Positions 1 through 13,680 of a stretch of DNA of 64,000 nt are shown here, piece by piece. The notes beneath the pieces were generated by a model. That model ran no database searches. It had not been told where the DNA came from and saw nothing but the letters and a program-made list of their open reading frames with translations. Source of the DNA: Styela clava (taxonomy: Eukaryota); assembly GCF_964204865.1 (NCBI RefSeq), contig NC_135251.1:10292001-10356000 (forward strand), written 5' to 3'. The translations under genes and the position numbers were made by a program. Within the stretch, counting starts at the first letter, position 1; each line of letters begins with the position of its first letter.

Positions 1-164
1 GTATTAATAAAGCAAAAAAAAAGCAAACCCAGTTTGCTGGTAAAGGTTGGAATAAAAAACTACTTGTTTCAAATTAATTTGACATTTAATAAGAATACAT
101 TACACCAGTCGTGCGTGAGCTGACAATATGATTCCGCCGCGTGATTCTGGCGCAGTATCAAGCC

Positions 165-580
165 ATAATTGTAAGTCGACCAGTAATGTAGTGCAATTTG
201 TATTTTTGATCCTTGTCGTATAAAAAAAATTGAATTAAAAGAAGAATTGAAATAAAAAAAACTAAAATTTTCAATGACCTATAGGTAAATTATTTCTGTG
301 CGTTATAATACTTTAAGTGCCAATAATTTTTTTAATCATACAAATAAATTTTGCTCAAAAAATATAATTTGTTATTACCAAGTCGGCAAGCAATATAATT
401 CATTTTGTATTTTTCAATTCTTGTCGATTTGAAACGTCGGTACTAACTAAAATTCTCAGTGCCTCATATGTAAATTATTTCTGTTCGTTATATTACTCTG
501 AGTGCAAACAATTTTTTTAGTCATATCAATAAATTTTCGTCAAAAAGAATAAATTGTAGTTATCAAGTCTGTCAATGTAG
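165..580. repeat. Diverged ~200-bp tandem duplication
   Basis: gtaaattatttctgt.cgttata.tact.t.agtgc.aa.aattttttt..tcata..aataaatttt occurs at ~285 and ~470. Confidence 0.7.
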
Positions 581-582
581 AG

Positions 583-1120
583 CAGAGGCGTGCAACATAC
601 GGCCCGCGGGCCACAGCACGGCCCGCGGTACCTATTTACGTGGCCCGCCACTGACTTCATATCCTAATAATTCAAAAACTTCTTCTGAATTGTAACGGCA
701 TCATTGGCATTTTTGACTACGGTGTAAGTCTATAAGACTTCATCACACTGCGATTCAATTTCGTCAACAGTACCGGTATTGTGACAAACCCCCCATTGCT
801 GCAGCATATTTTGCATTGTATGAAAACTGCCTTGTTCTGGCAGTGGTACGTGATCTTACTTTATGGCTGCAGGTTATTATGCGAAAAAGCTTAACAAAGT
901 TCAAATGTCTACCAAATGTCTAAGAAAAGGAAATATGAATATGAAAGGCGCAAGATATCAGATATCTCAGTAATCACCTACCTAATTAATAAATTGATTG
1001 TACGTGCTCTTCCATTTAATAAATTATTCATAAAAATAATGAGTTTTTCGATGGTCTGGCCCCCGGTATCACTATAATTGTAGTTTGTTGCCCATTGCGC
1101 TAAACAATTGCACGTCCCTG
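583..1120 (+). mobile_element. hAT-type non-autonomous element
   Basis: TIRs cagaggcgtgcaa / ttgcacgtccctg; 8-bp TSD atgtagag/atgtggag; internal MSKKRKYEYERRK resembles a hAT transposase N-terminus. Confidence 0.7.
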
Positions 1121-1939
1121 ATGTGGAGCATTTCGATTTCTGTCGATTTTTAACCGGGCCTTGACTAATACCACAACTACAGTACCACAATCGCTTGATG
1201 AGTAATATCGAAATATACTATGATAGATGTTCAGTGTAGGAAGTGCTGACGAAAGCTCATATTATAGTAACAATATATCGATAGAAGCATCATTCATTCT
1301 TGCTTTTCGTCGTGGCGCTGTGTCATGTCCGTCGAGGCTGTTTCGTTATATATTGATTCATTATTGAGTAATATTATATCACAACCAGATCAGTAAGTTT
1401 ATCATGTTCTATTCAATATATAAAAACTTTCTAAAAGGTTATGGTGTGATTAGCTAGTATGCTGTCCTCATTCTACATTCAAAGGTCTTCGACCATCGTA
1501 AGGTATAGTAGTCAGTGTTTTTCTCCCTAAGGCTGAGGCAAAAGATATCGCATTTATGTTAAGGCATGTTATGCAAAGTTTGTCAAACGTGAGTGGAAAA
1601 AATTTGGACCATTTAAAATGTGAGGCGGAGAAACACAATATTAAGAAAAATGGAATAAGGCAGCGCTAGGACTAATACTAGGCAGTACTAATTTGTTCAA
1701 GTCCATACGATGAATACAACCAGAAAATTGGTCTGAATGATGAAGTTTGTTAACGGTTGCTAAAATTTTGTTGTCACGTCCTCGTTGATATTTTGCTCAT
1801 TAGTCAATATTAGGGAAGTAATCAAGGAAGTCGATGCTCGATGATTAATACATTCACATATTATAATAGCTATTAACGCAAGGGTAACGTACACACCAAA
1901 GAAAGTCTACTGATTTTGTGGAAGTTATCGGTGGTAAGC

Positions 1940-4900
1940 ATGTACATGATGATGGCAAAAATTACATTGGTATTGACTACATTATTTCTTCTAATCAGCC
2001 AAAAAGGTAAGAAAAAATTTTTTTTCTCGTAATATCAGTTGATAAAGATATTCGAAAAATATAACAAAAAAGTTTAAAATACTTCAGAACTTAATTTGCG
2101 TGATAGAATTCAAAAGAAAATTGTAAATATAACCAGGCTCATGTTTAATATTTAGTATCAACGGAATGGGACCTTACTAAGTTGTTCGTCCCTCGTTTCC
2201 ACCAAAAGGGTTATTGGTTGTTCAATTAGAATCTAATATTGAGATTAATCGCTAGTTCGCGGGTATAAGGTGCATTTTTACCATTCAGGATTGATTTGAA
2301 ATGTAAAAATGTTACTTATCAATCGTTGTCAATTGGCATCTCAGTCTTTATGATACCAATTTCTTGAGTGGTTAAAGATTGTATTTTTCGTCAGAAGGTC
2401 ATGAGTTATTTCAAATATTTGAACATCGCTCTCTTTTTAGTAAATTGCTAGTGCTTTGAGCAAACTTTTATATAATTTCAAATTATAGTTATGTGATTAA
2501 TATTATATATGATGGAGGGATTCATGGGGTCGAGCGAACCCGTTCTTGGAATAACGTGATATCAGCGAACCTGATGTAATTTTTCAGAGCTTGTAAGCCT
2601 GGAAAGGTTTTTTTTTTAAATGAAAAAATTTGTTGTTAGTGAGTTCGACACAAAATATAACCTATTTGTACGTCAATAACAGGCAGCTTTACAGGCGGAC
2701 AAAATATCTGCTCAGAAAATGGAACATCAGTTGTGATTAATGACACTCTAGGAACAATACATGTCCCGAGCATATATGTACCTGAGAACGATCAAACAAA
2801 TAAAGCTTGTTATTGGCGGTTTGAGCCGGTTAATAAAACCTATGGTGTTGAGCTATCAGTGGATATAGACGACGGTCAAGGGGAAGTTAAAATAGATCTC
2901 ATAGGTGAGAGCTTATTTTAGAATAAGAACACGTACAGACAGGACCAAATAATGTTTTAGTTTTACTATTCTGCTGTACTATGCACACTTCTACTATTCT
3001 ATGCAAGTTACATCGAGATTTTCTAAGTAGGTAAAAAATTTGAAGATTCAAAAGTGATTATTTTAAAATAATGAAAGTGTGCTACTAATTACCCAATCGT
3101 GAATTCGCAGTTACGAATTTTGTGAGAATAATTAGCTTATTGGACTTATACTGTTAATGTAATACGGTTCACTTAAATGCCTGTCTTCTACACTTCTCCC
3201 ACCATTTTGTCCATTGCGGATGAGTTTCCAATCTGTCTATGGCTGTTAGATAACCGATTAGATAACCAGATATCCGAGGCTTGCAGACAGATTGGATGTG
3301 ATTTTCCACATAATAAAGCCCTATTATCGACTGAAATATTTATTTACTATTGTTCCATCTATTCACTACTTTAAACAGATCAAGAAATTAGAGAAACTGC
3401 ATGTGCAGAAGATGGCTATTGCTCAGAGTACTACGAATACAAAGACAAACAATATCATGGTATCTGCTTTAGAGAATGGTCATGGCTTATTTGGCGGTAC
3501 TGGACGCGCGAATACTGTTTAGTAGATGGAACGTCGAAAAAGTCGAGATGTATCCCATGTGAGGGTAGTGGTAAGTTATTGATTATATCAGCGGTTCCCA
3601 ATCTTTTTAAAAATCATCCTAATTTGGCCTATTTTGGAACTCTTTGTTCCTCTGACACAGTGGTTCTCAACCTGTTACAGACCGCGTACCACTTTACTGT
3701 TTTTTTACTATGGCCGCGTACCACCGACAAAGCCCCTTTTTTGGAGTGAGAAAAAGACACCAGAAACGTGCTATGGGAGTATTTTATAATGTGGCACTAC
3801 ATCCCTTGTGGCGTAACATGCAAAACGGACAAAAACATGCCCATATCGCTTCATTTAAGGTGGGCAATAGCGGGCGAGGGCGATCTCTAAAGTCAAGGAC
3901 TGGTAGCGCACCAGCGCTATAGACGTTTCCCCGACCATTAACCCCGGAAAAATTATCCCTATACTTTACTATTGCAAACTTTATACTTATTCTGAGAGTG
4001 TTTTGATGTGTTGGCGCATATAAACCGGTTTACGTGTTTGAAACCATCATTTGTATTGAAATTAATCAACCATGTGCCGTTTGCAGGTACTGATATATAT
4101 AGCTAAGTTTAGCCTTGTTTATCGCAGCATTTGCGAGATTCATTTTTAATTACTGCAACTAAATTAAAGCTCCGCGGAAGACATAATGACAACTAAGTTA
4201 ATGAATTCACAATTCTTTTTTTGAAACACAACTGAAAACTGACAATATCACCCAAAACTACAAAACCGAGGCAATGTTTGCAACCATGCTTGAATATCTG
4301 TTTGGGCGACAAAAGTGTCTGAGCGGCTGGTTGCAAAAATTGCAATTGTTCCCTGTTGCGTCATTATTGACTTATTGCTGATTGGTTATAGTTACGAAAA
4401 TAAACAAAGAAACTGAAGCTTGGGAAAACATCCATAAACGCTCAGCGAATACATACAGCAGGGAAGATAAAACGTTGCCGGCATATTTTAGCCAACTGAA
4501 AGGCTAATTGCAACTTGCAATAGTTCAAATCTGCTCGCGTACCACTTGAAAAGCTCCCGCGTACCACATGTTGCTCTAACACTATAAAATTATGCTTCCG
4601 ATATTTGTTCAATCTTATATAGATCCTAAGCTAGTGTTTTTTAAGCTCCAATACCTTTTGTAGAATGTAACACACACATATTAGTAATACCAAAGAACAA
4701 AGGAATATTAGTGATACAAATGCAAATACAGGGCAAAATTTCTCCCCGAGCACATCGAAAATCACCACCGGCTCGAATTCTCCCTGGTGTAGGAAAGTTG
4801 GAGAATATCGTTGAATTTCACGAGTGAGAATGCAACATTCTATTTGTAAATTTTCAAAGACTAATTTCATTTTATGTTGCTTGCAGGTTCAACGAATCTC

Positions 4901-7058
4901 AAACACGGAAAAAAGTATTGCTATAACAATTGTGGAGCAGAGTTTGAATCAAGTGAAAATTGTGATGAGGAACTAAAACAAAGAAATGTTGATGCGTTTA
5001 TTATGTACAGCAACACCAATTTGGAAAATTCATTTAATATAACGTACAATATAATACCGTGTGCGAAAAGCGACTCAGTTATATCCACAGGTGATTTTTC
5101 AGCCTTCTTCCCAAACCTAAAACAGTCTGAATTTCTTTTTGGGAAATTTTTTCAAAATATTTTAAGATATCTAAGTTTTGTTGTTGAAAATATCCATTTT
5201 CTGGACCGGATGTTAACCTTTGACGAAACCCTGACAAAGGGAGTCACATAGTAGAAAAGGTTATTAATCCTTTGGAATAGCGTGACGAATTAGTTCTAGT
5301 GCGTTGAGTTGAATTACTATTTATCTATGAATGACACTGAATTCATGATAAAATGATAATTAGTAAGAAAGAGTAATTTGGTTGAAAATCAGTGAAGTTG
5401 TTGAATAATTTTTTCAACGATAACTCATAGTTATCACTTGATTAGCATGTATGGTAAGTATCAATAATGGGTATTTTTTTATTCCAGTAGTGTAATTAGC
5501 CTACATAGAGTTTTACTAGTTTTTTTCATCTTTGAGTGATAATTATAACAACATTTAATTATGTCTTAAAACATTTAAACAAATTCAGCGTTGATGTAGT
5601 TTGAGCTTCCGTCGCTTGTATAGTACACCTTGATTTAAATACAGTAACCCTGAGTAATAAGCAAAGGAAAGTATAAGTGCTGCGGTACGCGTTCGAAAAG
5701 CGAAATTATTTATCATATATCTACAAGCTATTCTTACACACATTGTAACTCATGTCGTTTCCTAATTTAAGCTACAACGGCCGCGAAAACTACCATTGAC
5801 ACAACGATAACACAAGAGACTGCGGTTCATGAAAATATAACCTCGTTGACTCAACAAACAATTTCAGAGCATTCAACAGAAACGAAGAGTTCACAGGAAG
5901 GTGAACAAATTTGAATACTACCTCCATTATTCTATCACTGCTGTCATGGCAAGTTATTTGGAATAATTCTCCCAATATTTTCGGTACATGAATGTCTACC
6001 AACAGCGCCAGTATTAAATTTCACGATAAAATTTCTTACATTTATAAAATTTTACTCAACTATTATTTATTCAGAAAATTAAAAATTCTTGTAAAATCTT
6101 TACAAAATCTTTGTTACCTAATTTTATGAGCTTCACTAGATTTTAGCATATTTTTTGTATATCAATATATTTTTATTCTTGATAGCGACTACGCCACCTA
6201 CCGGGACCGCAGCAGACATGGACGCCGGAAAGCAAACAGGGAATAAAACACTAACCATCGTCTTACCAATCATTGGGGCAATACTGATTATATTGCTCAT
6301 CATAGTGGCAGTTATTGTGATTAAACGGTGAGCATTTTTTTCTGTAATTAAAATATCGAATTTAAATTTTGGGATTGGTGATGGACCCACCCCCGCACCG
6401 ACTATTAATTGAGCGATAGAAAAGTTCTAATTGACATGTATTTCAGTATTATTTGCAACCCATGCAACCGTTCGACCACTGACATACCATACATAGTATG
6501 TGTACCAGGTTAGGGTTCAGGTTACTTCCCCAGTATGTTCTAAATATATTAGCGCGTTTTGATTTCCAATATTGCTAAAATTTAAACCGAAAATGATTTC
6601 ATTCGATGTTGGATTCAGTATTGAATTTTGTTTATATATACCTGATGTGCTTTAAGTTTCCTGTACTTTCCTGGCCTCGAAAATAAAATACCGTGTTTGA
6701 ATTGCGATGACGTTTTTGACCTAAGCATTACTCAGTGACGAGTATACAGGCACAAAACGGTGACTCATCCTTTTTCACGTAAATTCATGAGCTATGCCTG
6801 ATGTTATTTCAATAGTTTTTCCTCCTAGGAGGTAGAACATACTCTTTACTTTCATAATAACTTTTTAATTTATGTCACAGAAGGAGACATCTGAATGCAT
6901 TATCGAGTGCAAAGACGACGGTTAACAACGCGTATGAACAAACTAATTTCGATCAAGCAGAAACAAGTCCAGAAATGGTTGATAATATATTGTACGATTC
7001 ACTACAACAACAGAATGAAAAAATAGAAGTTGAAAATGAATTGTATGGAAGTGCGTGA
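1940..7058 (+). CDS. Type I membrane receptor (377 aa, 7 coding exons): signal peptide, CUB-like domain interrupted by a Cys-rich FN2-like module, Thr-rich stalk, TM helix, tail with ITIM/NxxY motifs
   Basis: Exons 1940-2006 (MYMMMAKITLVLTTLFLLISQK, signal peptide-like), 2683-2904 (C..GTIHVPS..CYWRF, CUB N-half), 3379-3570 (six Cys), 4887-5090 (GKKYC..FNITY, CUB C-half), 5772-5900 (Thr-rich), 6186-6327 (TM: LTIVLPIIGAILIILLIIVAVIVI), 6881-7058 (tail, TGA). All introns are GT-AG with phases 1,1,1,1,1,2, giving a continuous 1134-nt ORF. Domain names come from by-eye motif recognition. Confidence 0.85.
3658..4575. mobile_element. hAT-like non-autonomous element in intron 3 of the receptor gene
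   Basis: Begins cagtggttctcaacc; repeated cgcgtaccac motifs near both ends; right end degenerate. Confidence 0.45.
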
Positions 7059-7857
7059 TCACTCCAACTCGAGGACATAAAAATTTATATTGAAGATTTG
7101 ATGTTTTACGAGTGTCGGCATTAAGGGCAATATTTAGCAAACTGAATGAAAAGATGATCATGAATGAAACAAGAAAAACTGCCTGTCTGTCAAAATAATT
7201 TATTTATCCTGACCAAGGACATATTATGTATTCTGATTTGCTTGTTCACTTTGACCACTTGTCCCGCAATATATAACTACCTAGAACATGAGTGACAAGG
7301 CAAGTGGAGCAATGTGGAGTGTAATCATTTGGACCAGAGGTGTGCAACCTATAATACAGAAGAGTCAAATACAATAATAACATAGGCATTCTAGTAGTTG
7401 CAAGCACAAAAATATTGTTGAGTAATCTTATGACATGCTCTGTTCGTTTTTCACAAGCTAGATTTTTCGGGATTATAACGTCCGTCATAGGCATAGATAA
7501 TGAATAAGACTCAAAGTAATTGAAATTACTCGTAGTACCAGTTTAAAGTGAATAAAAACTAGTTTCGCGGGCCGCACACCATTCAAAATTGGCACTTCTA
7601 CGCGGGCCACACAGTTTTTCCTCACGGGCTGCAGGCTGCAGGTTGCACACCCCTGATTTAGACCTTCATGGCATTGTCTATTAGACAAATTTTAAACTGA
7701 ATAATAACCGTAATCATGAAAATCTATATATGCTAAAATTAATGAGCATTAATGGGTTACCATATTATCACATTCGCTAGCAGGAAATGGAGTTTGGAAT
7801 TTTTTTATCCAACCTCCAACCACAATTTTATTGCACTTGTTGGAACTACGAAACCAC

Positions 7858-8326
7858 CAGTGCCGGATTTACCATGATGTAGAGTAGACTGAAGCCTATG
7901 AGTCTCAAGCCTTAGGGGTCTCGACATTCAATTTTGAACTTCATTCAATTTGAGTAGTTTCTAAATCGTAAAGGCTTGTTCCAGAATAAAACCGGTTTGA
8001 ATTATAAAACTGATATTTGTTTGATGTTTTAATCAGATTAATAATTCTTTTTCCTCACTATTTACCGTTTTTCAGATCAAATCCTCAAATACCGTCGTAC
8101 AAATGAATTTGAAAAACTCCACTTCCTTAGTCCTAAAAAATAAAATATGTTAATGATTATTTCAAAAATGGAATAAAAATTTTATTTATCAGTTTTTATT
8201 TATTTAACAAAAATTAGGCCAATTTGATTTAAGAACTCATAATGAGGTCATAATGTATGTAAATAACGTCAAAATGGACCTCACAAATGGCACGGCTTAG
8301 GCCTCTCATCGTCTAAATCCCGCCTG
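7858..8326. mobile_element. hAT-type MITE
   Basis: Termini cagtgccggattt / aaatcccgcctg flanked by a perfect 8-bp TSD gaaaccac. Confidence 0.75.
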
Positions 8327-9145
8327 GAAACCACCATTTATTGAGAAAAGGAATTTTTACTTGGACTTACCTAAAAAATTTGAAGCATTCTCTCGGGATG
8401 GGGTGAAAAACGATTTAATTTTTTGGTTTTAACAATTTGGAGGAAATCTATAACATTGGTTGGCACTGTTGCAGTAATATTCACATTAATTTGACTGTTT
8501 CATTTTTTGAGAAACGCTTTTTATGCAAGTATTGTACCGAGTATATGCATGGTGGTTACTGGCAATTTCGAAGCTTTTCATGTGTATATGCCAAAAAGTT
8601 GACGTTGTATTGTTACCGCCTTCAAACGAGAGTGAGAAAATTGTTTTTTTCTATTAGTTCGAATTTAGATTTAAATATATTTGAATTAAAAAAAAACAGG
8701 CCATGGGTAGTTGGTTTGTAAACAAGAAATGCCGCCATGCGAAAGACTATCTAATTTCCAACATACTTGTGATTATTTGATATGTAATCTACTTTAATTA
8801 TTTTGATTCTAGAAAAGCTTCCTTTCGTCTCCACAAAAAAATATTCTCATGTTATTACAAATGCACCATATGCATTTTTTATTGTGATTCCACTTTTTAT
8901 TGTTTTTTTAATGTTCAAAAAAATTGATGATTGAGGTAAAGTGGTAAAGTTTGATTCTATGCAAGTGTTGAATTGTCAACACGATGTCAACTGACTTTTG
9001 CTTCCTTTGGCAAAACAAATTTACTCGAGGAAAAGTATTAGAAAATTTTTTTTTTTGTGCTTTTTTTATTTGATGGGTCTAACATTAAATATTTAATAAA
9101 TCCGAATCATTTTTTGTTTCGTTTTGTGTATCTGTCACTGAAATG

Positions 9146-9365
9146 AAGGTACTCTCGTAGTGTTTGTACCAGGATAGGGTTAGGCCATAATTTTTTTCCG
9201 ATTTTCTCTTATTTTAAATATGTTACGAGTTCGGAGAATGTCTGTGTTAGCCAAGTGAATATATCCCCTGCCTATAGGTTTCAATCCCTTTACGCTACTC
9301 AATGTAAAGTAGACGAACAGAATTACTTATCTCCATATTGGTACACGGTACACTTCTAGAGCACC
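9146..9365 (+). mobile_element. ~215-bp TTAGGG-bearing MITE
   Basis: Matches copies at 13439-13680 (-), 15643-15857 and 21314-21528; TIR ggtactc..gtacca / tggtacac..gagcacc; flanked by gaaatg repeats. Confidence 0.7.
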
Positions 9366-12300
9366 GAAATGGAATTGATGAAAAGGCATTTATTTCACAT
9401 CTTTTTTTCTGAAGTGTATAAAAATAAATTATTCATAATGTCATATTTAGACATTCGCGGCTTATATCAATGTAAATATCATGTTTTCATGAAAGCAAAA
9501 CCGGGTTTGAAAATCCCCCGAGAGGAAATAAAATGCTCAACGAATACTATTATTTCAATAGTACCCTATATATTTGGCTGTTTACGTTATTCGATCTTTT
9601 TGCTATAAGCATTTACTTTCATGTCGTGCGGAGCGATTTTCACTTAAACTTTGAACGAAAAAGCCACACTTGTTAAAGTGTACAATAACCTTTTTTTGAA
9701 GTGAAATATATAGCCTATTACTCCGCAAAACTATATACTCTAAAGGTGGATCAAATGTGTATGGCAAATTTACATTGACAATTTTGCATTTGAAATTTCA
9801 AAATGTGTAATACTCTGATATGATATCAATTTATGTGCTTTTCAGTTTATCAGATGTAATTCGTAATAAATTTATCGTTTTTTTTATTTTGGTATTTCAC
9901 AATGTTGCACCCAGCATGATGCCTACACTATTATTATGCTACTCACAATTACTCAATAAAAATTCAGAAAATATAGTTAGATAACATATCGATAAAATAT
10001 TAAATGGTGATGAACATATGCAAACTAGTCATTTTATAGTAAATCTGAATGCAGCAGGTTCTGGGAAATTAGGTATTTAGACTCTTTGTCTATTGGCATA
10101 TATAGGGTAGGTGAACATCATCATCTAAATTTATGTGAAAACAAGGAAATGACTGCTTCGACTAATATTCATTCTATCTGCTGACTTATAATATTAAAAT
10201 ACCTTTGGACATGAAACAACTTTTCCGGTATATTGAATTGTGGTGTTGTTTGTTCGTTCCCGTCTATTTTAGGACAAGCCAACAAGTTATTAATTTAATC
10301 GAAAATTTCTTATTCACTTCCCCCATGTGTTTTAATGAATTTTCTTGTTGGACACAGCTCGGGAATGTACTAACATATTAAACTGAAATTGTATCGGGGC
10401 TTACGTACACTGTTGTTTCGCGAATTAACATGTTTCCATTTTCCATCAAAATAGAATTAGAGATGAGTTTGTCGTTTAGTTATATTTGGCGCTATTTGCT
10501 GGATGGATGTTGGAATAACTCCTTTTTCGAGTATTGGGAATTTCTTGAAAATGTCAAAATTTTTCTAAAGTAAGCTCAAATTGGATTGCAGGAATCCGCC
10601 AGAGATTTCGAGACTAAAACTTTGCTAGATTTTGTGCACTGAAATTGAATCATGATATAATTACCTAATACGTAAGGAATTCATTCCTTTTGAAAACTTT
10701 GCGTAATACCAATATAGTATTCTTGTAGACTCAATCACAATTGAAAAAGCATCCATGCCACTCACTCACATGGCTTTTTAATAAGCCATTATTGCTTGTC
10801 TTATCTCTTCCATATTTATATATATACCCTACGAGATCACATAAAAAATTAAATGGTACTATTACACTTTTATCATATCAAAAACATCAAATTTTAGCGC
10901 TGCAAGCGTTTAAAATGCTCAGTAAACTAATCGCTCTTTTGGGTTTCTGTAGAATATTTTGACTATTTTATCGTCATTGTAAGCTCCGATTACGACTTCA
11001 CAGACTTGATTCTATAACGCTCACTTTTTAAACCTTGCCACGTCTCTCAAGTTTTCAGATAAATAGAGTAAATATAAATCGCACAACTTACCTCAAAATT
11101 GTTTTACATTACCGTAAACTCTTAATAGTGTGCTTGTTACTATTGATTTTTCCTATCAAGAATCGATGCTTTTAAAAATAGGTAAATGTTTCATGTATTT
11201 AAGTATGACAGTATTTATATATTTTATCCGTTACGGAAAGTTCATTATTGTAGATAGTTTTTTTTTATTACTAACTGGCCAATTACATAGTCTGTTCATA
11301 GCGGTTTGCTATGTACTGTCATAATAGATCCAGTTAGTTACCTTTTTAGGTATGTATGATAATAAAATCTGAAATTTAGATATGCTTTACTCCAGAAAGT
11401 AGAAAAAAATTGCCATTTCATTGCTCATTTTTGATCGTTTGAAAATCCCTAAATTTGCAAAATGTACTTTTATGTATTGGGTAATTTTGCTGGTTTTTGT
11501 TAGCATCGTAACACCGTACTAATAAAACGAGTGTTATTGATTGAAAGCTGACACCTAAAATCTGGCTTACCCACCGCAATTGATAATGCGACAACGATTG
11601 AATAAATTAAAATTAGCAGTCCCCGCAGCCTGGTAGAAGGAAGAGTAGCACATGGAGGATTGCTGAATTACAAATAGTGTCCTTTATAGATGACAGAGAT
11701 TTATGTATAGTACATGGTTTAAAAGTTCCATATTAGATGCTGCTGGTTTGAAGAAGTCTAACTTCGGTCAGGCACAACGTTACAAAAATACATGTTGATC
11801 AAATCTTTTGTGCTTGATTAAATAGAATAGTCGTCTTTATTTTTTGCTACAGCATCCGTGCATTATTCGCATACGGATCCAATAGCGCAAAGGCAAGAGC
11901 AAGAAAAGATGGTAGTTAGTCTTGTGTAAACCCAAGTGATAGTTACTTTGAATTAGACGAAGAGAGTTATGTATAACAAAATGAGTTTTGTGAGAGATCA
12001 ACGAAGGTTATCATTTTGACAATCCAAATTAAAAAGTCGTATTCGTTTCATTTAATAGATCTAAGATCCGAAGTTTTTAACGAAACAAAGTCTGGTCATT
12101 GCATTAGCAAAGCAAAAGAGTAGCACAGCGTTATAAAATTGTTAGAGGTAAACATTTTAGAGTTGTCCCCAATGATATCAATCATACGTCGAGAACACTA
12201 CGGCATGCAAGCTAAACCATTCAACTGATTGATATAATCACTTAATTATTGATGTTTACCTCATAACGTATCAGTTCTTTTCTTTTCGTTTTTTGATGTT

Positions 12301-13438
12301 TCTCTAAGCAGTACGAAGTCTATTTTTACTACAGTACCTCCAAAGCTTAATCACCGTATATTAGAATAAAATTGTTTAACACAACGGGATTGTCAAAATT
12401 ATTATATATTTATATATTTTTGTAAAAAATATTATTTATTTTAAAGTTATAAATTATTTGATTTGAATAAAATAGCACTGTTTTTAAAAAAAAATTGCCT
12501 CAAGACGGTTACAATGTGATTTTCCTCATGAAACAATATTAACTGAATATATCGTGCAAGAGAATAAATAATTCGTACAGTAAAAACCAAACAGGGTCTT
12601 CGCATCATTTTCAGAAAATGCAGATGGGCGTAGTTTAGTATATAGGCCTATATGGCTGGTTTCAAACTGTGACAGGTGGCTATGTCTTACTCGCAATTGA
12701 GTTAAACATTGTTATAAAGATCATAGGTGCCGACTGAATTTTAGTTTATAATTTTCACTATAAGCTTGGCATAAACATTAAATTAATAGTAATTTACGCT
12801 AATGACCAAACATATTTCTTGTCACAATTTTGATTAAATCTTAAGTGGGAAATATATCATATCAAGTATATACAAATACAATTTAAAACATAGTTCATTG
12901 GATCAAACCTCAAATTCAAGGCTTCACTACACGGACAATACTATTTAGAATTCCCCCGTGGTGTAACATTGATAAGCGGTAATTTTTATATGAGATGAGT
13001 TCGTATTGAATTACTTCAAAAAGCTAGGTAATATAAATACGTTTAATGCAAAAACAAATTTTTGAAAACCATGAAAGACAATTTAAAATTCAAACGAAAA
13101 TTTCGATACCCGTGAAACGTTCTTTGGGAATTCCTGACACAACAAATTCTACGCATAAATGTTACGAGCGTCAAATTGTATGTTTCACGGGAATCTGAGG
13201 ATCAAAGTGATACAATTGAAGGTTCTATTTTAGTACGCCGAACCTTCTAAATATTCTGTAAGTTTTCCGCCTTTAAAGATAGATTATAAAATTAATCAGG
13301 AAGTCAAACAGGAAGTAAGTCAGTAGGTTAACAGATGCATTTTGTATTATTCAGCACAATTGAATGAAAAAGTTGTTGACAATGTCAAAATTTGACATCC
13401 ACATCCATTTAATGGATCAATGAACACTTTTGCAAAAT

Positions 13439-13680
13439 GGCGCTTCAGAAGTGTATGTACCAATATGGAGGTAACTAATTTTTTTCGCCTACTCTATAAC
13501 TTGGTATAACCAAGTGGTATACAGGAACTGAAACCTATGGGCAGGGTATATTCATTTGGCTAACACATACAGAAACCGAACTCGTAATAGAACTAAAATA
13601 TTCTCAGCTAAGGAAAGCTTAAGGAAAATGGAAAAAATCATGGCTTAACCCTAAAATGGTGCATATACTACGGGAGTACT
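13439..13680 (-). mobile_element. ~215-bp TTAGGG-bearing MITE, inverted copy
   Basis: Reverse complement of 9146-9365 and 21314-21528. Confidence 0.7.

Noticed and set aside
11853-11910. Isolated exon-like segment (ctacag..SVHYSHTDPIAQRQEQEKM..gtagtt)
   Set aside because: Could not be linked to any neighbouring exon; too short to support.
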